Assembly: GCF_016432865.1 (NCBI RefSeq) | Contig: NC_067399.1 | Span: 515,468,001 to 515,532,000, forward strand | Reading direction: 5' to 3' | Length of the DNA: 64,000 nucleotides | Origin: Antechinus flavipes | Taxonomy: Eukaryota | Part shown: piece after piece, positions 1 through 12,076 of the stretch | Layout of the letters: the number at the start of each line of letters is the position of its first letter | Position numbering within the stretch: the stretch's first letter is position 1 | Made by a program: the position numbers and the translations under genes | Notes under the pieces: model-generated | Told to the model about the DNA's origin: nothing | Database searches by the model: none | What the model saw: the letters and a program-made list of their open reading frames with translations, nothing else

Positions 1-27
1 CAAGAGAGTCACCTCCTATGATGACAG
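1..27 (+). CDS. NYNRIN: NYNRIN coding exon, 3' part only (NYN domain, KRVTSYDDR)
   Basis: AAG AGA GTC ACC TCC TAT GAT GAC AG|gtaaca. Paralogous to the KHNYN exon ending at 22867 (KRITSYDDR), same phase-2 donor. The 5' part of the gene lies upstream of the window. Confidence 0.88.
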
Positions 28-540
28 GTAACACATTCTTTTCACACAAGGCAATGTGGTGTGTATTAAAATTTTAGACTTAGAGTCCAGAAGATCTGAG
101 TTTGAACCCTTAGCTCTGAAACATAACATGAGATCTGTAGGTGAAGCATTCCCTGCAGAGTTCAGTTTTCTCATTTCTAAAAGGGGGGGATGATCATACT
201 TAGCCACCTACCTCTCAAGATCTTTGTAAGGAAAACACTCCATAAGCTTTAGTTGCTCATATTTCTATGCTGCTTTACTATTATTGAAAGAAGGACTTCT
301 ACAGCTTCAGTTCTTGAGCCTCTGGAGAAGGATATAAGGGTAGTTGGGTTTAGGGTGCCCTCTGAAGTTGGCATCTTGGGATATATTCAATTCTGAAAAA
401 AGAAAAGAGACCTTGGGGATAGTGTCTTTGATAGGGTTGAGAATAATCCTAGAGCTAATTATACATCAAGGAAGATACTAGATCTGGAAATTATCTCAAA
501 GAGAAGTGATGGTTGAAGCTGTAAGAGTGGATTAGATCAA

Positions 541-866
541 AATATCTTAAACTGTGGGTCATGACCCCATGTAATTTTATGTGGGGAGGGGGGGTCCTGA
601 AAATTTTGGCAACAGTAAAAGGTATCAAAGATTCAGCCACAATTTTATTCTTTATGTAAAAATTAATAAGCCATGATTTAATTCTTTATGTAAAAATTTA
701 AAATGACATGTATATCAAAGAATTGTTTTAAGATAAATTTCCTTATGATTTATTATCAGTAAATGTTTGATATGTTTATCTATTTTATATACCAAGATAT
801 CCTAGGTCACATAAAAATTTCTTGGATGAAAAAAGATAGTGAATAGAAAAAGTTTAAGAAGCCCTA
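541..866. mobile_element. Probable hAT/Charlie-type MITE
   Basis: Imperfect inverted ends tcttaaact / agtttaagaagccct; AT-rich interior with a duplicated attctttatgtaaaaatt. Confidence 0.4.
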
Positions 867-1804
867 GATTAGATCACCAAGGACAAGGAGAGGGAAGAAT
901 AAGAGAAAGTAGGAGATGGACAGTGATAGACCATTCTCCATGATAAGGGAGCAAGAAGGAGGAAAAAGATCCAGAAAAGAAATGGCCAGAGAGGTAGAAG
1001 GAGATCTAAAAGCATGCAGTGTCAGAAAGGAGAGGAGCAGAGTATTTCTAGGAGGTCATTTCAATCAAAAGCTATATTGAGGGAAGATGTGAGTTTGTAG
1101 ATTAGGAGGTCCCTAGCAACTTTTATAAGCTATAATCTGCCTGAAGGGGAGACTGTCATGGTGATCTCCATACTACCAGGTCTAATTTTATAACAGGAAG
1201 TGGGGGGGTGTAATGTAGAAGGGGAGAGGACAGGTAGAAACATATTTAAGACAGAAAGAAATCAAGGAAAGTCTTTAAAAATAGAAAGAAATGAGATCAA
1301 AGCAGCTAAAAATATAACAAGGATTATTTTTCCCTTGTATTTAATAATTAATTATTAAATTAGGAGTAAGGTTTTTCCCCTTTCTTCTTTCGTATCCAGA
1401 AATCAGTCATTGTAGGAAATCTTAGGAAAAATTTAGCCAAACAGACTGAGAGAATTGGTGAATTCTTGTTCATTGGCTACCCCAGATTATACCCCAGACT
1501 AGTGGATTACATGTGTGTGTGTATACAGATAAATCTTTTTGATGAAAAACTTGGGTGATCCAAGATCCTTATTCGAATGAACCCATATCTCATAATAATA
1601 ATAAATTTCTCAGAAATTGTTAACAAATTAGAATTGACTGTCACCCTCAGGAACATCCTTGTTTCTAAGGGCATATAGGTTGTGAGCCTGCCACTATAAA
1701 GTCTTTGGTATTTGAAAGTGTCATTGACCTCTTGTCAAAAAAAAGTTAGCATTATCAATAAAAACTATTACTCAGAAACTGTCTCTTGAATTTTTAAATA
1801 TCAT

Positions 1805-2030
1805 ACTGCTAGATAGTGCAGTAGTGGATAGAGATATAAATGTGGAGTCAGAAAGACCTGATATTTAGATACTAACTGTGGGATGTCTGATTTCCTTCTG
1901 CCTCAGTTTCCTCAATTGTAAAATAGCATTTACATCACAGGGTTATTGGAAGGATCAAATGAGATGATATTTGTAAAGCACTCAGTATACCACTTGGCAC
2001 ATAGTAGGTGCTATTCCCTTCCTATTCAAG
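1805..2030 (+). mobile_element. MIR/CORE-SINE, representative of many copies (e.g. ~75-275, 12215-12375, 15715-15895, 21490-21620, 22190-22350, 23505-23710, 38840-39000)
   Basis: Core motif cctcagtttcctca..tgtaaaat and tail gcacatagtaggtgct. Confidence 0.75.
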
Positions 2031-2236
2031 GGTACAGGTAGAGGATTTAATCTTGTTGAGAAGAATAGTCACTTCTTTGGAAAAGGAAAGTAGGGGAGAG
2101 TATGCAAACTTTCTGCATGGAGTTAAAGCAGTTTATATTGAGTTTTTTTTTTTAATAGATTTCCATACATTACATACAGATTTCAATTCCTCATAGATGG
2201 GGAAAGTGTGCTGATCTTTGGGGATCACATTCCTAA

Positions 2237-2238
<2 letters not shown>

Positions 2239-2267
<29 letters not shown>
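2239..2267 (+). repeat. (TG)n microsatellite
   Basis: Directly visible. Confidence 0.9.
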
Positions 2268-2273
<6 letters not shown>

Positions 2274-3491
2274 GTTGGAAACATCTATTGGCCCTGGGTG
2301 TGCTGGTCTCAGATTATCTTAAGGCACTTGGCTATTAATGACTATCCAATCTATTTGTGCTTGTTGGTGGTCATGGTTATAGTGGAGATGGACAACTGGG
2401 ATGTGGGGGGAGGAAGGGCATAACTCTGTATGGAGTAGTAGACTCAAATGGGACCAGTAATGTCTTGGGTTGAGAAAGAAACTGTAATTAGAAGTGCTGA
2501 TACCGTGCGTGTTTTAGTTGAAAGAATGCTGAATCTGAAGTCAGGAGACCTGGGTCAAGTCTTGACTTTGGTCCTTATTGGCCATGGGCAAATCATCTCA
2601 ATTCTTTGAATCTCAGTATCTATCTTATCTATAAAATGGGGGTGAAAATGGAAAGGAGATGCGATGATAGATGGAGCAAGGTTTTGGAGGAGAAGGGAAG
2701 GTTTAAGAAGAAAAGGTCATAGGTAGAGGTTGGACCAGGAGACCTATTTCTTTAGAAGCAGAAGAGGAGGAGAACATGTGGTCCCCTGGGCAAGGTTAAA
2801 GTTTATTAGGACTGAGCTGCTTTTATAGATTTCTAGGTTTGTGTTGCCCAGGCAGGAAAAGGGTGGGAATAGGTAAAGCTCTGGCCTTGGAGTAGGGAAG
2901 GTCTAGATTTTCAGGTCCTCTTTCTTACATATTAGTTGTGTGAGACCATGGACATATCCCTACTGATCACAAACACTTGCTGCCTTATCTTCATGATAAG
3001 GCATCTTCCAAAAAAGGAGGGAGCACTTCTAACATACTTGAGACAGAATTTGAACAAAAAGAAATGTCACTAAAACTAAAACTGGCTAGTAACCAGTTAA
3101 TATGGAAATGAATGTTCTAAGAGTTCAGCCTCTGCTTTTCATGGCCATTTCCAAGATAATAGGCTTGAGTCATGCTTTCAAATGAAGTGCAAGGGCTCTC
3201 TGATGACATGTCTAGCTTTTTTTTCTTCTTGGGATATGAATTTTAGCATTTCTCTGTTCATGGACCTCTCTATGTAAAGCACTAGGTATACCGTGCAAAT
3301 TATTTTTACTTTGTTTCTACTGGAAGTGCTGCTATAAATATTGGCATGTATAGGGTTTTTCTTTTTTTCATTGACCTCCTTGGAGAATCTACCTCCTAGG
3401 GAGATCTCTAATTAAGTTTTATAGACATGGTAGTCAGTTTTTTAGCCTAATTTCAAACTATTTCCAAGAATGGTTGGAGCAAGTCACAGCT

Positions 3492-4188
3492 TGTGGGAAT
3501 TGTGGGACTTCAGTGAACCACACTGACTCCATCTTGTGATTTAATTCTGGATCTATCTCAGTTTTCTTTCTATTCGATTTTTGAATCTCATTGAGTTTCT
3601 GTCTTGTGAGAAAACCCATTGCATTGTTTGAATGCAATGTATGGCTGAGAAGTTGGACCAGCTTTATGTGTTTCTTAGAGACCCTTAACTAAAGACCTAG
3701 GTTATGGTAAACAGAAACTCTGTCAGATGCAGTGATTGGTGCAAGGAGTTAAGTTTTTTTTCCCCTCACAGTTATACATGTTAAGCAACCGCTATGTTTT
3801 GTCTGAAAACAGGCCCTGTCGTGGTCAGTTACTGTTTCTTTGTTCATTTGATTGAATATAGACAATGGGGGGTAGGGGAGTAAAACTCCCCTTTTTTTGA
3901 TTTCTGGGAATTGTACGTATTCATTCTCACCCTCCCAACGGGGGAAATTACTAATCTTATCTCTTAGTAGAATCCACAGTACCTAATTTTGTATCTTGGT
4001 TTATAGCCTGTTAATTGTTTTCTTTTAATGCATAAAAATCTTTCCCCCCTTATATTTGGGATTCAGTGCCAACCTGAGGAGGCTAAGTCCCAATTTGTTA
4101 TGCAGTTGGAATGCATTGCTTAATAAATCAATATGCTCGGAAAATCGAATCTTTATTCTCTCAATTATTTCAGATTTCACTTGTCACA
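3492..4188 (+). mobile_element. Solo LTR inserted into an older L1 fragment
   Basis: TGTGGG...GTCACA termini; AATAAA ~60 nt before the end; near-matching 4-bp TSD agct/aggt; interrupts L1 ORF2-like sequence; related to the LTR at 42228. Confidence 0.55.
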
Positions 4189-4300
4189 AGGTCCACAACA
4201 GAGTATTAGTGTGCAGTTGCAAAATTCTAAGTAGGAAAACTATAAGAAGTCATAGAAATCATAAACTGGACATTGAAATGAATTTAGGCAATCTTTGTTT

Positions 4301-5384
4301 TTTTTTTTTTAAATTTTTATTTAATAATTACTTTATATTGACACTTGTTTCTGTTCCGATTTTTTTTCCCCTCCCTTCCTCCACTCCCTCCCCTAGATGG
4401 CAAGCAGTCCTTTATATGTTGGATATGTTGCAGTATATCCTAGATACAATATATGTTTGCAGAACCGAACAGTTCTCTTGTTGCATAGGGAGAATTGGAT
4501 TCAGAAGGTATAAATAACCCGGGAAGAAAAACAAAAATGCAGATAGTTCACATTCGTTTCCCAGTGTTCTTTCTTTGGGTGTAGCTGCTTTTGTCCGTCA
4601 TTTATCGATTGAAACTCAGGTCTCTTTGTCAAAGAAATCCACTTCCATCAAAATATGTCCTCATACAATATCGTTGTCGAAGTATATAATGATCTCCTGG
4701 TTCTGCTCATCTCACTTAGCATCAGTTCATGTAAGTCTCGCCAGTCCTCTCTGTATTCATCCTGCTGGTCATTTCTTACAGAACAATAATATTCCATAAC
4801 ATTCATATACCACAATTAATTCAGCCATTCTCCAATTGATGGGCATCCATTCATTTTCCAGTTTCTAGCCACTACAAACAGGGCTGCTACAAACATTTTG
4901 GCACATACAGGTCCCTTTCCCTTCTTTAGTATTTCTTTGGGATACAAGCCCAATAGAAACACTGCTGGATCAAAGGGTATGTACAATTTGATAATTTTTT
5001 GGGCATAATTCCAGATTGCTCTCCAGAATGGTTGGATTCGTTCACAATTCCACCAACAATGCATTAGTGTCCCAGTTTTCCCACATCCCCTCCAACATTC
5101 ATCATTATTTTTTCCTGTCATCTTAGCCAATCTGACAGGTGTGTAGTAATATCTCAGAATTGTCTTAATTTGCATTTCTCTGATCAATAATGATTTGGAA
5201 CACTCTTTCATGTGAGTGGTAATAGTTTCAATTTCATCCTCTGAAAATTGTCTGTTCATATCCTTTGACCATTTATCAATTGGAGAATGGCTTGATTTCT
5301 TATAAATTTGAGTCAGTTCTCTATATATTTTGGAAATGAGGCCTTTATCAGAACCTTTAACTGTGAAAATGTTTTCCCAGTTTG
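4301..5384 (-). mobile_element. Young 5'-truncated LINE-1, antisense in a NYNRIN intron
   Basis: ORF2 Cys-rich C-terminus (CWRGCGKTGTLMHCWW); polyT at ~4298-4310; perfect 15-bp TSD AGGCAATCTTTGTTT (4286-4300 and 5385-5399). Confidence 0.95.
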
Positions 5385-5609
5385 AGGCAATCTTTGTTTA
5401 ACAAGCTAATACAATATGAGGGAAGCACTTGGTGGATTTTTAAGTGTTATAAAAATGTCAGTTATTTCTTTCTCCAGCATGCCTCAGTGTGAGATTGTTG
5501 ATGTATCTCCATAGTAGGTCCCCAACAGGACTTTGTAGGTCCTCAGTAAGATCTTAGTAGGTCTTTTACAGTGAACTCAAGCATCCTAGAATTGAGAAGG
5601 TGGCTCTGA

Positions 5610-5762
<153 letters not shown>

Positions 5763-6095
5763 TAAGGGTGATGCTCTGGGGGAACCTGACCCTGTGGTCA
5801 AATTGGGGCTTTTTCCTTCTTTCAGACATACAGGTCCTGGTATTCACTGTGGAATTTGGGAAAGGGAGAGGGTGGGGGAGGGGGAAGAGACCCTTAAAAG
5901 AGAGGAGGATCTGTGTCCTATCAAGCCCTGTGAAATGAGTTGTGGGTTTAACAGAGCTCTTAAGCCAAACCTAGAAAGGACTGAGATCCTGGATAAGAAT
6001 TGATCTGATTCTCCATTCTCCAAGAATCAAAGGAGATGTTTGTAAAAGAGCTTGGCAAATGTTTATTCCCTTTCTCCTCCCCTTCTCCCTTCTAG

Positions 6096-6251
<156 letters not shown>

Positions 6252-7160
6252 TAACGGATTCCTCTCCCTTGGACAACCCTTCCCTCCCTCCTGTCACTTC
6301 TTTCTACCTCCTTTAGTGAATTAAGACGCTCTATAAAGGGAACAGAAGTAACATAAAACAAGCAGATTCTGCCCCCGTGCGTCAGAATGAGAGAATGACC
6401 ATTCATCTAGCTAAACTCAGACTCATAAGTTAGTCCTCTCCGCGCTCATTGTGTCAGACCCTTGTCCTTTGGGAAGATGGCCGGGATTGGCCCTAAGCAG
6501 ATAAGCTGGATAGTGGGCACAGTGAGTGGATTGCTGGAGTTCTGAGTTGGAATTCTGCCTCTGAGCCTGTCAGATTTTAGCGAAATCATTTCACTTTTTT
6601 TTTTTTTTTTTGCCTAGGTTTTCTCTTATGTAAAATAGTAGGACCTAACATCACAGGATTGTAGTGAGGATATAATGAGATAATTTATGCAAAAGTACTT
6701 TGTAAACCTTAAAGCACCGTCTAAATGTAGCCTCTTCTCATCTTCTTTTTCTATCTCTCCATACCACTCCTGAATTATTGTCTTATTCCTGAAAACCTGT
6801 TCCCGGCTGGCTGCCAACTAATCAGATTACTAGCTAGTGGTGAGTTGTGTGATTCTCCCAGAATATTGGCCCTTAAAGACTACAGTACCCATATATTTCT
6901 AGTGGTGAGATTTCAGGCATTATGAGAGAAGATGTAGAAGGAGTGTTTTAAGGGCATGAGTCTCTGCTTGGTGATTCTCAGATTATATTATATAGAGAGC
7001 TACTTACGCTGTTGTGTCTTGGTGATGGAATAGGAGTATTGCTATGATGCTCCCCCTCCCCCATCATTTTCCTAAGGATGACTTTTTTGACTAGTAATTA
7101 TGCTGTCTCTTTTCCCCACCTCCTTCACCCTTCCTCTCCCATTCTTTTCTCTCTTTGCAG

Positions 7161-10014
7161 GTTGGAGTTGGCTGTTAGCAATTTCCTGAAAGTCTGGGAG
7201 ACAAAGCCTTCTGCTAAAGCTTCCTTTCTCCCCATAAAGGCCAAGGGACTTCAGGGTAAGAAACATTTAAAGAGGGGCTGCTCCGGACCCCAGCAAAAGG
7301 GGAAGGTGAAGAAGCTGACGGAGGGTGTAGAGAAACTGATGGTCAAAGAAGGAGACGCTCTGGACGCTTGCCTGTCCACGGTTTTCCAAGAGGAATGCCC
7401 CTTCCTTTCAGATGATATCCTCCGGTATTTTAGCCTTCAGGACAACACCTCTGAGACCTCCCTCTCCCCCTGGAGAGGCTCTTCTCCACTTGATATCCCT
7501 TGGGGCGGGGCAGGGCAGCCCACCTGCCAGAGGGTCCTGGACCACTTGGCCCAGCTGTCGGTGCCAACCAGCTTCTCTGCTCTCTCCTTCTTTGTGGGGT
7601 TCATGGGATGCCACAAGGATGTGATCCCCCGCTACTCCTCGCTTGTTGCCCCGCTCCATGGCCTCCTCAAGAAGAAGACGCAGTGGCAGTGGACACCTGA
7701 GCACTCCCAGGCATTCCTAGCCCTGAAGCAGGCTCTGGTGTCAGCCCTCTCCTTGGTGCCCCCTGATCCCCAGCTGCCCTACCGCCTGGAGGTGGCAGTG
7801 AGTGAGAGGACCTTGGCCGCGGTACTGACACAAGAGCGGGCCGGCCTGCGGCGCCCCATTGCTTACACCTCCAAAGCCCTGCTCCCCCAGGAGGGCAAGG
7901 CTGCCCTGAGCAGAGGGGGCGGCCTCTGTGCCCTGGCCTGGGCTGTGAGGCGATTTGCCCCCTCTCTCGGATCTGTCCCTGTGGTTCTGGAAGCCTCCTA
8001 TATCTCCGGGGATTCGGCAGGCCGTGAGCAGAGGGAGAGTCCGGACACTTCCGACACGTGGCTGGCCCGGTGGTCCCTCCTGGTGCAGGATAAAGACCGG
8101 AGGACCTTGGGCACATCCTTCCTCCCCGGGCCTCTGGGGGACAGCGGCCTCCCGATGCCTACCCCTGATTCGTTGCCTCAGTTTTTCCAGATCCTGCCAC
8201 CCTTTTCTGACTTATCCTCCTTTGTATGCATTTATACCTCGGGGTATTGTTTTTATCAGGATACGGAGTGGTGTGCAGGCTTTGGGTTGTACGTCCTGTC
8301 TCCTGACAGTCCCCCCCTGTCCCTCTCTTTCTCTTGTTCCCCTCATACACCAACCTATGCCCACCTGGCTGCTGTGGCTTGCGGCCTCGAGCGCTTTGTT
8401 CATTCCTGCATCCCTCTGGTCTTTCTGGTTAATTGTAGCTGGCTGTTCAACATCCTCCTAGATCTCCTTCCTCTCTGGCACTCCCGTGGGTTTTTGTCTT
8501 CCGATGGGGCCCCATTGCCTCACCCGGCCCTGCTGTCCTATATCACTTCCTTGGCCTCCAGCCTCCCCACCTTGCCCTTCCTCTTCAAAGCCTCCTACAA
8601 GGGGGCCCTGTTCAGCGTGACAGTGGAGGCTCTGGCCAAGCAGGGTGCCCAAGGATCGGGGCCTCTGTGGAAGTTGCCAAGGCACATCATGCCTTCTGTG
8701 GGAGTGGCAGCCAGTCCCTTGGGCGGTGGGCCGAATCTACAGGCACTGCAGGAGAATGATGCCGTTTTGTTAGAAGCCATTTGTCACCTGCAGGCTGGGC
8801 GCAAACTTCCCGGACATTCACCCCTCAAGCCTTTTGAACCTGGAATCAGTTTTGTTAAGGAGCGCAGCCTGCTCATGTATGGAGAGATGAAGAGACCCAA
8901 GGTGTGGGTTGTCCCGGAGCAAATCCGGAAGGATCTGATTTATTCTGTGCATGATGTCCCTCCTGGCCCCCACGCTGACCCAGAGGAGACCCTCAGGAGG
9001 GTGAGGATGTTAGGCTGGTGGCCCAAGATGTATGGGCAGGTGAGGGCCTATTGCAAGTGCTGTTTGTTCTGTACCTCGATAAACAACCTGAGCAAGGAGT
9101 CCAAATGCATGCGGACCCAGTGGCCCTCAACACCGCCAGTGCCTTGGTCCAATCTTCAGATTGATGTGATCGGGCCTGTGCCTGCCAGTGAGGAGGGCCA
9201 CAGGCACGTGCTGATTGTGGCCGACTCCTGCTCCTCCTGGACAGAGGCTTTTCCCCTGAAGTCCTTCACGCAAATGGCGGTGGCCCAGGTGCTGCTCCAG
9301 CAGGTGTTTTCCCGGTGGGGCTTGCCGTCGAGGCTGGAAGCGGCCCAGGGGGCTCAGTTTGCCAGACACGTCCTGATGAGCTGTGGCTTGGTGCTGGGAG
9401 CCAAGCTGGGCAGCATCTCTGGGGATATCCAGCCCGCCGAACTAAGGGATGGGAACTCAAACCAGGCCTTTAAGAATTTGTTGAAGGAGTTTATCATCCT
9501 TCATGGGAAGAACTGGGCCAGTTGCCTGCCCCTTCTGCATATGGCCTTTAGAGCCTTGGAGTCTGGACCTACCCCTTTTGCAGTTGTGACAGGGAGTGAG
9601 ATGAGACTGGCTGAATCTTTGTGGTGGGAGCTCAGCGGGGCCCATGTAGAAGGGCTGAAGATGGATGTGTTCTTACAGCAGTTGAAAAATAACATCATAG
9701 AAAGTCAACTGCAGGCAGCTGTGGCTTCTGGGGACCAGTCTGTCATGGCCCAGAGTAGCTGCTTCCAGCAAGAAGTCCAGGGAAAGGAGTGGAACGTGGG
9801 AGACCAAGTTCTGCTTTTGAACTTCCCCAAACCTGGCACAGCTCGGTGGGTCGGACCCTACTATATTGTAGACAGGCTGAGTCTGTCTCTGTACAGGGTC
9901 TGGGGTTACCCAACTCCAGGGAAGCTGGGAGTCACATACCCCACTAATTTGATGAGGTCGTATCCCCAGGGCAGTGCCCCCTTACCCTCAGTGATATTAG
10001 AACAATTGGAGTAA
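7161..10014 (+). CDS. NYNRIN: NYNRIN terminal coding exon: domesticated LTR-retroelement Pol (RT thumb/connection, RNase H-like x2, HHCC zinc finger, inactive integrase core, GPY/F-like C-terminus), 950 codons
   Basis: Acceptor ctctttgcag at 7160, in frame with upstream exons; uninterrupted ORF to TAA at 10012-10014. Motifs: WQWTPEHSQAFLALKQAL, PIAYTSKAL, H-x6-H..CLFC, LQIDVIGP, WTEAFPL, WGLPSRL, WVGPY. Confidence 0.95.
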
Positions 10015-11806
10015 GCCACTGCCTCCCCCTTTGGAATCAGGGAGGGATGACTTCTCTTTTCCCCTATTCCTCATTATTCATACACAGCTTCTCCTGAGCT
10101 TCCCCTAAAGAACCAATTAAAGAGTATTCAAAAAGAAACTTTCTCCCTTGTTCCCCTGGCAACTTTGCCCCACCGTAGTAGTGTATGCAGTGTTTGCTCC
10201 TAGGTTTAGCTCAGCCAGCCTTTTCTTTCCTTTCAGAACCATTCCCAAATTTCATCCATGGAAGGCTTACCTGTCCCCAGGATCTCTGAGTAGGAGCCTG
10301 ACCAAACCAGCCCCTCTCCCGGGGAGAGAAGTCCCTGCAGGGGTTTCTTACTTCAGCTATTTCAGTGGGGGATCTTCTGACACTGGTTTTTGCCAGGATG
10401 TCTCAGAACCTAGTGGGCTGAATGAGAGCAGTGACCATGGATAGGGTGCAAGCTTTTATTTTTATTTTTTTTTTTTTTGCAGACTGTATGTTTACTTCAC
10501 TTAAGCCACACTTAGATCCAATCAGTGACCCTGTCAAGACTGTCCCCTGTCCCATTCAGCATATTAATGCTGAAGTCTTTGATGGTGCTAGATCCAAAGG
10601 GATCCTACTTAGAAATCATTGGAGCTGGAACTGGATTCTCATCCAGTCACAAGTGGCTTTGGGTCAGAATATACCAAAAAAAAAAAAGTAGTATTTTGAC
10701 TTCTCAAGGCTCATTAATGGAAACCTCTGGTCCAAGAGTCCTGAGTGTGGAAGAATAGATGAGAGTTCTGAGAAGGGACTCTTCTCTACTCATTTTGCTA
10801 CAAATCCCTTAGCCCCATTCTGGGAGAGTTTCTGCACTATGGAAATGTTATTGATAAGTATGGGATCGCTAAGCCAGGAAAGCTTGCTTTGATTTGCCCA
10901 AGAAGTTCAATACTTTGTCTAAGAGGTAGTAAAGTTGAGTCCTCTGTTGCTGTGGCAATAAGAACACCAGAACTGCATCTTCCTTGCACCTGATACTCCA
11001 CTTAGTCTCAAAGACACTCAATGTTTGTGAAATAGCTTTGCATTGTACTGCTGTGGACCTTTTGCTTGTGTCTTCTATATAACAGGAAAATTGGTCTCAT
11101 TCATCTAATCTTTACCCTTTCCTGCCCAAGTACCCTTGTGTGAAAGCAGCTTTGTCCTAAATCACATCCTGGATGGGATCTTATGTATTTCCTCCATTTA
11201 ATGGGAAAATTGGGCTCATTCTTAGAGTTTCCCAACCCCCTCCCTACATTATTATCCTGAGTGAAGTAACTTTTGACCCACATTGTGTCCTAAATGGGGT
11301 TTTATTTCCCTTTTGGAAAATGGAATTCATTCCTATTGCACTCAGTCTCCCAGATAGTCATTTTGTTGTTTCTCTTTGTTATAAGTGAGTGAGTCTTAAT
11401 CGATTTGTAAATAAAGGGCTCAAACTGGATGTAAGCTTATGTGGCCTTTTGCGTAGAAATCAGGCTGATATTGAGGAAGATGGTAAGATTCAAATGGAGT
11501 TGTGAGCCAGATTTATTGAATTTGGAGGACTTACTGAGGTGGAAGAGATTAGTCATGCCCTTACTTCTCATTTTATAGGAAAGGAAACTGAAATTCATCG
11601 ACTTATTCAAAGTTACACAACTGACATTACTTTGTAGTAATGATTTAAACTTTTTATCTCTTACTGTATCTGTTGGAGAATATTGTTTCTTTAGGTCAGG
11701 TTCAAGCCTTACTGCCATTGCCTTGTCCTATTCTTTGCTATTCCTTGCCTTTCTCTTAATAACCCACTGGTCCTTCATCCCTTAGGTGAGATCTGAAATA
11801 GGAGGG

Positions 11807-12076
11807 NNNNNNNNNNNNNNNNNNNNNNNNNNNNNNNNNNNNNNNNNNNNNNNNNNNNNNNNNNNNNNNNNNNNNNNNNNNNNNNNNNNNNNNNNNNNNN
11901 NNNNNNNNNNNNNNNNNNNNNNNNNNNNNNNNNNNNNNNNNNNNNNNNNNNNNNNNNNNNNNNNNNNNNNNNNNNNNNNNNNNNNNNNNNNNNNNNNNNN
12001 NNNNNNNNNNNNNNNNNNNNNNNNNNNNNNNNNNNNNNNNNNNNNNNNNNNNNNNNNNNNNNNNNNNNNNNNNNNN
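11807..12076. other. Assembly gap (270 N)
   Basis: Run of N. Confidence 1.

Noticed and set aside
7078-7160. ATG and first 28 codons of the 978-aa ORF
   Set aside because: Intronic polypyrimidine tract; the real exon starts at the acceptor at 7161, so this is not a stand-alone retroelement gene.
7408-9698. Many overlapping and antisense ORFs inside the NYNRIN terminal exon
   Set aside because: Expected shadows of a GC-rich coding exon; no recognisable motifs.
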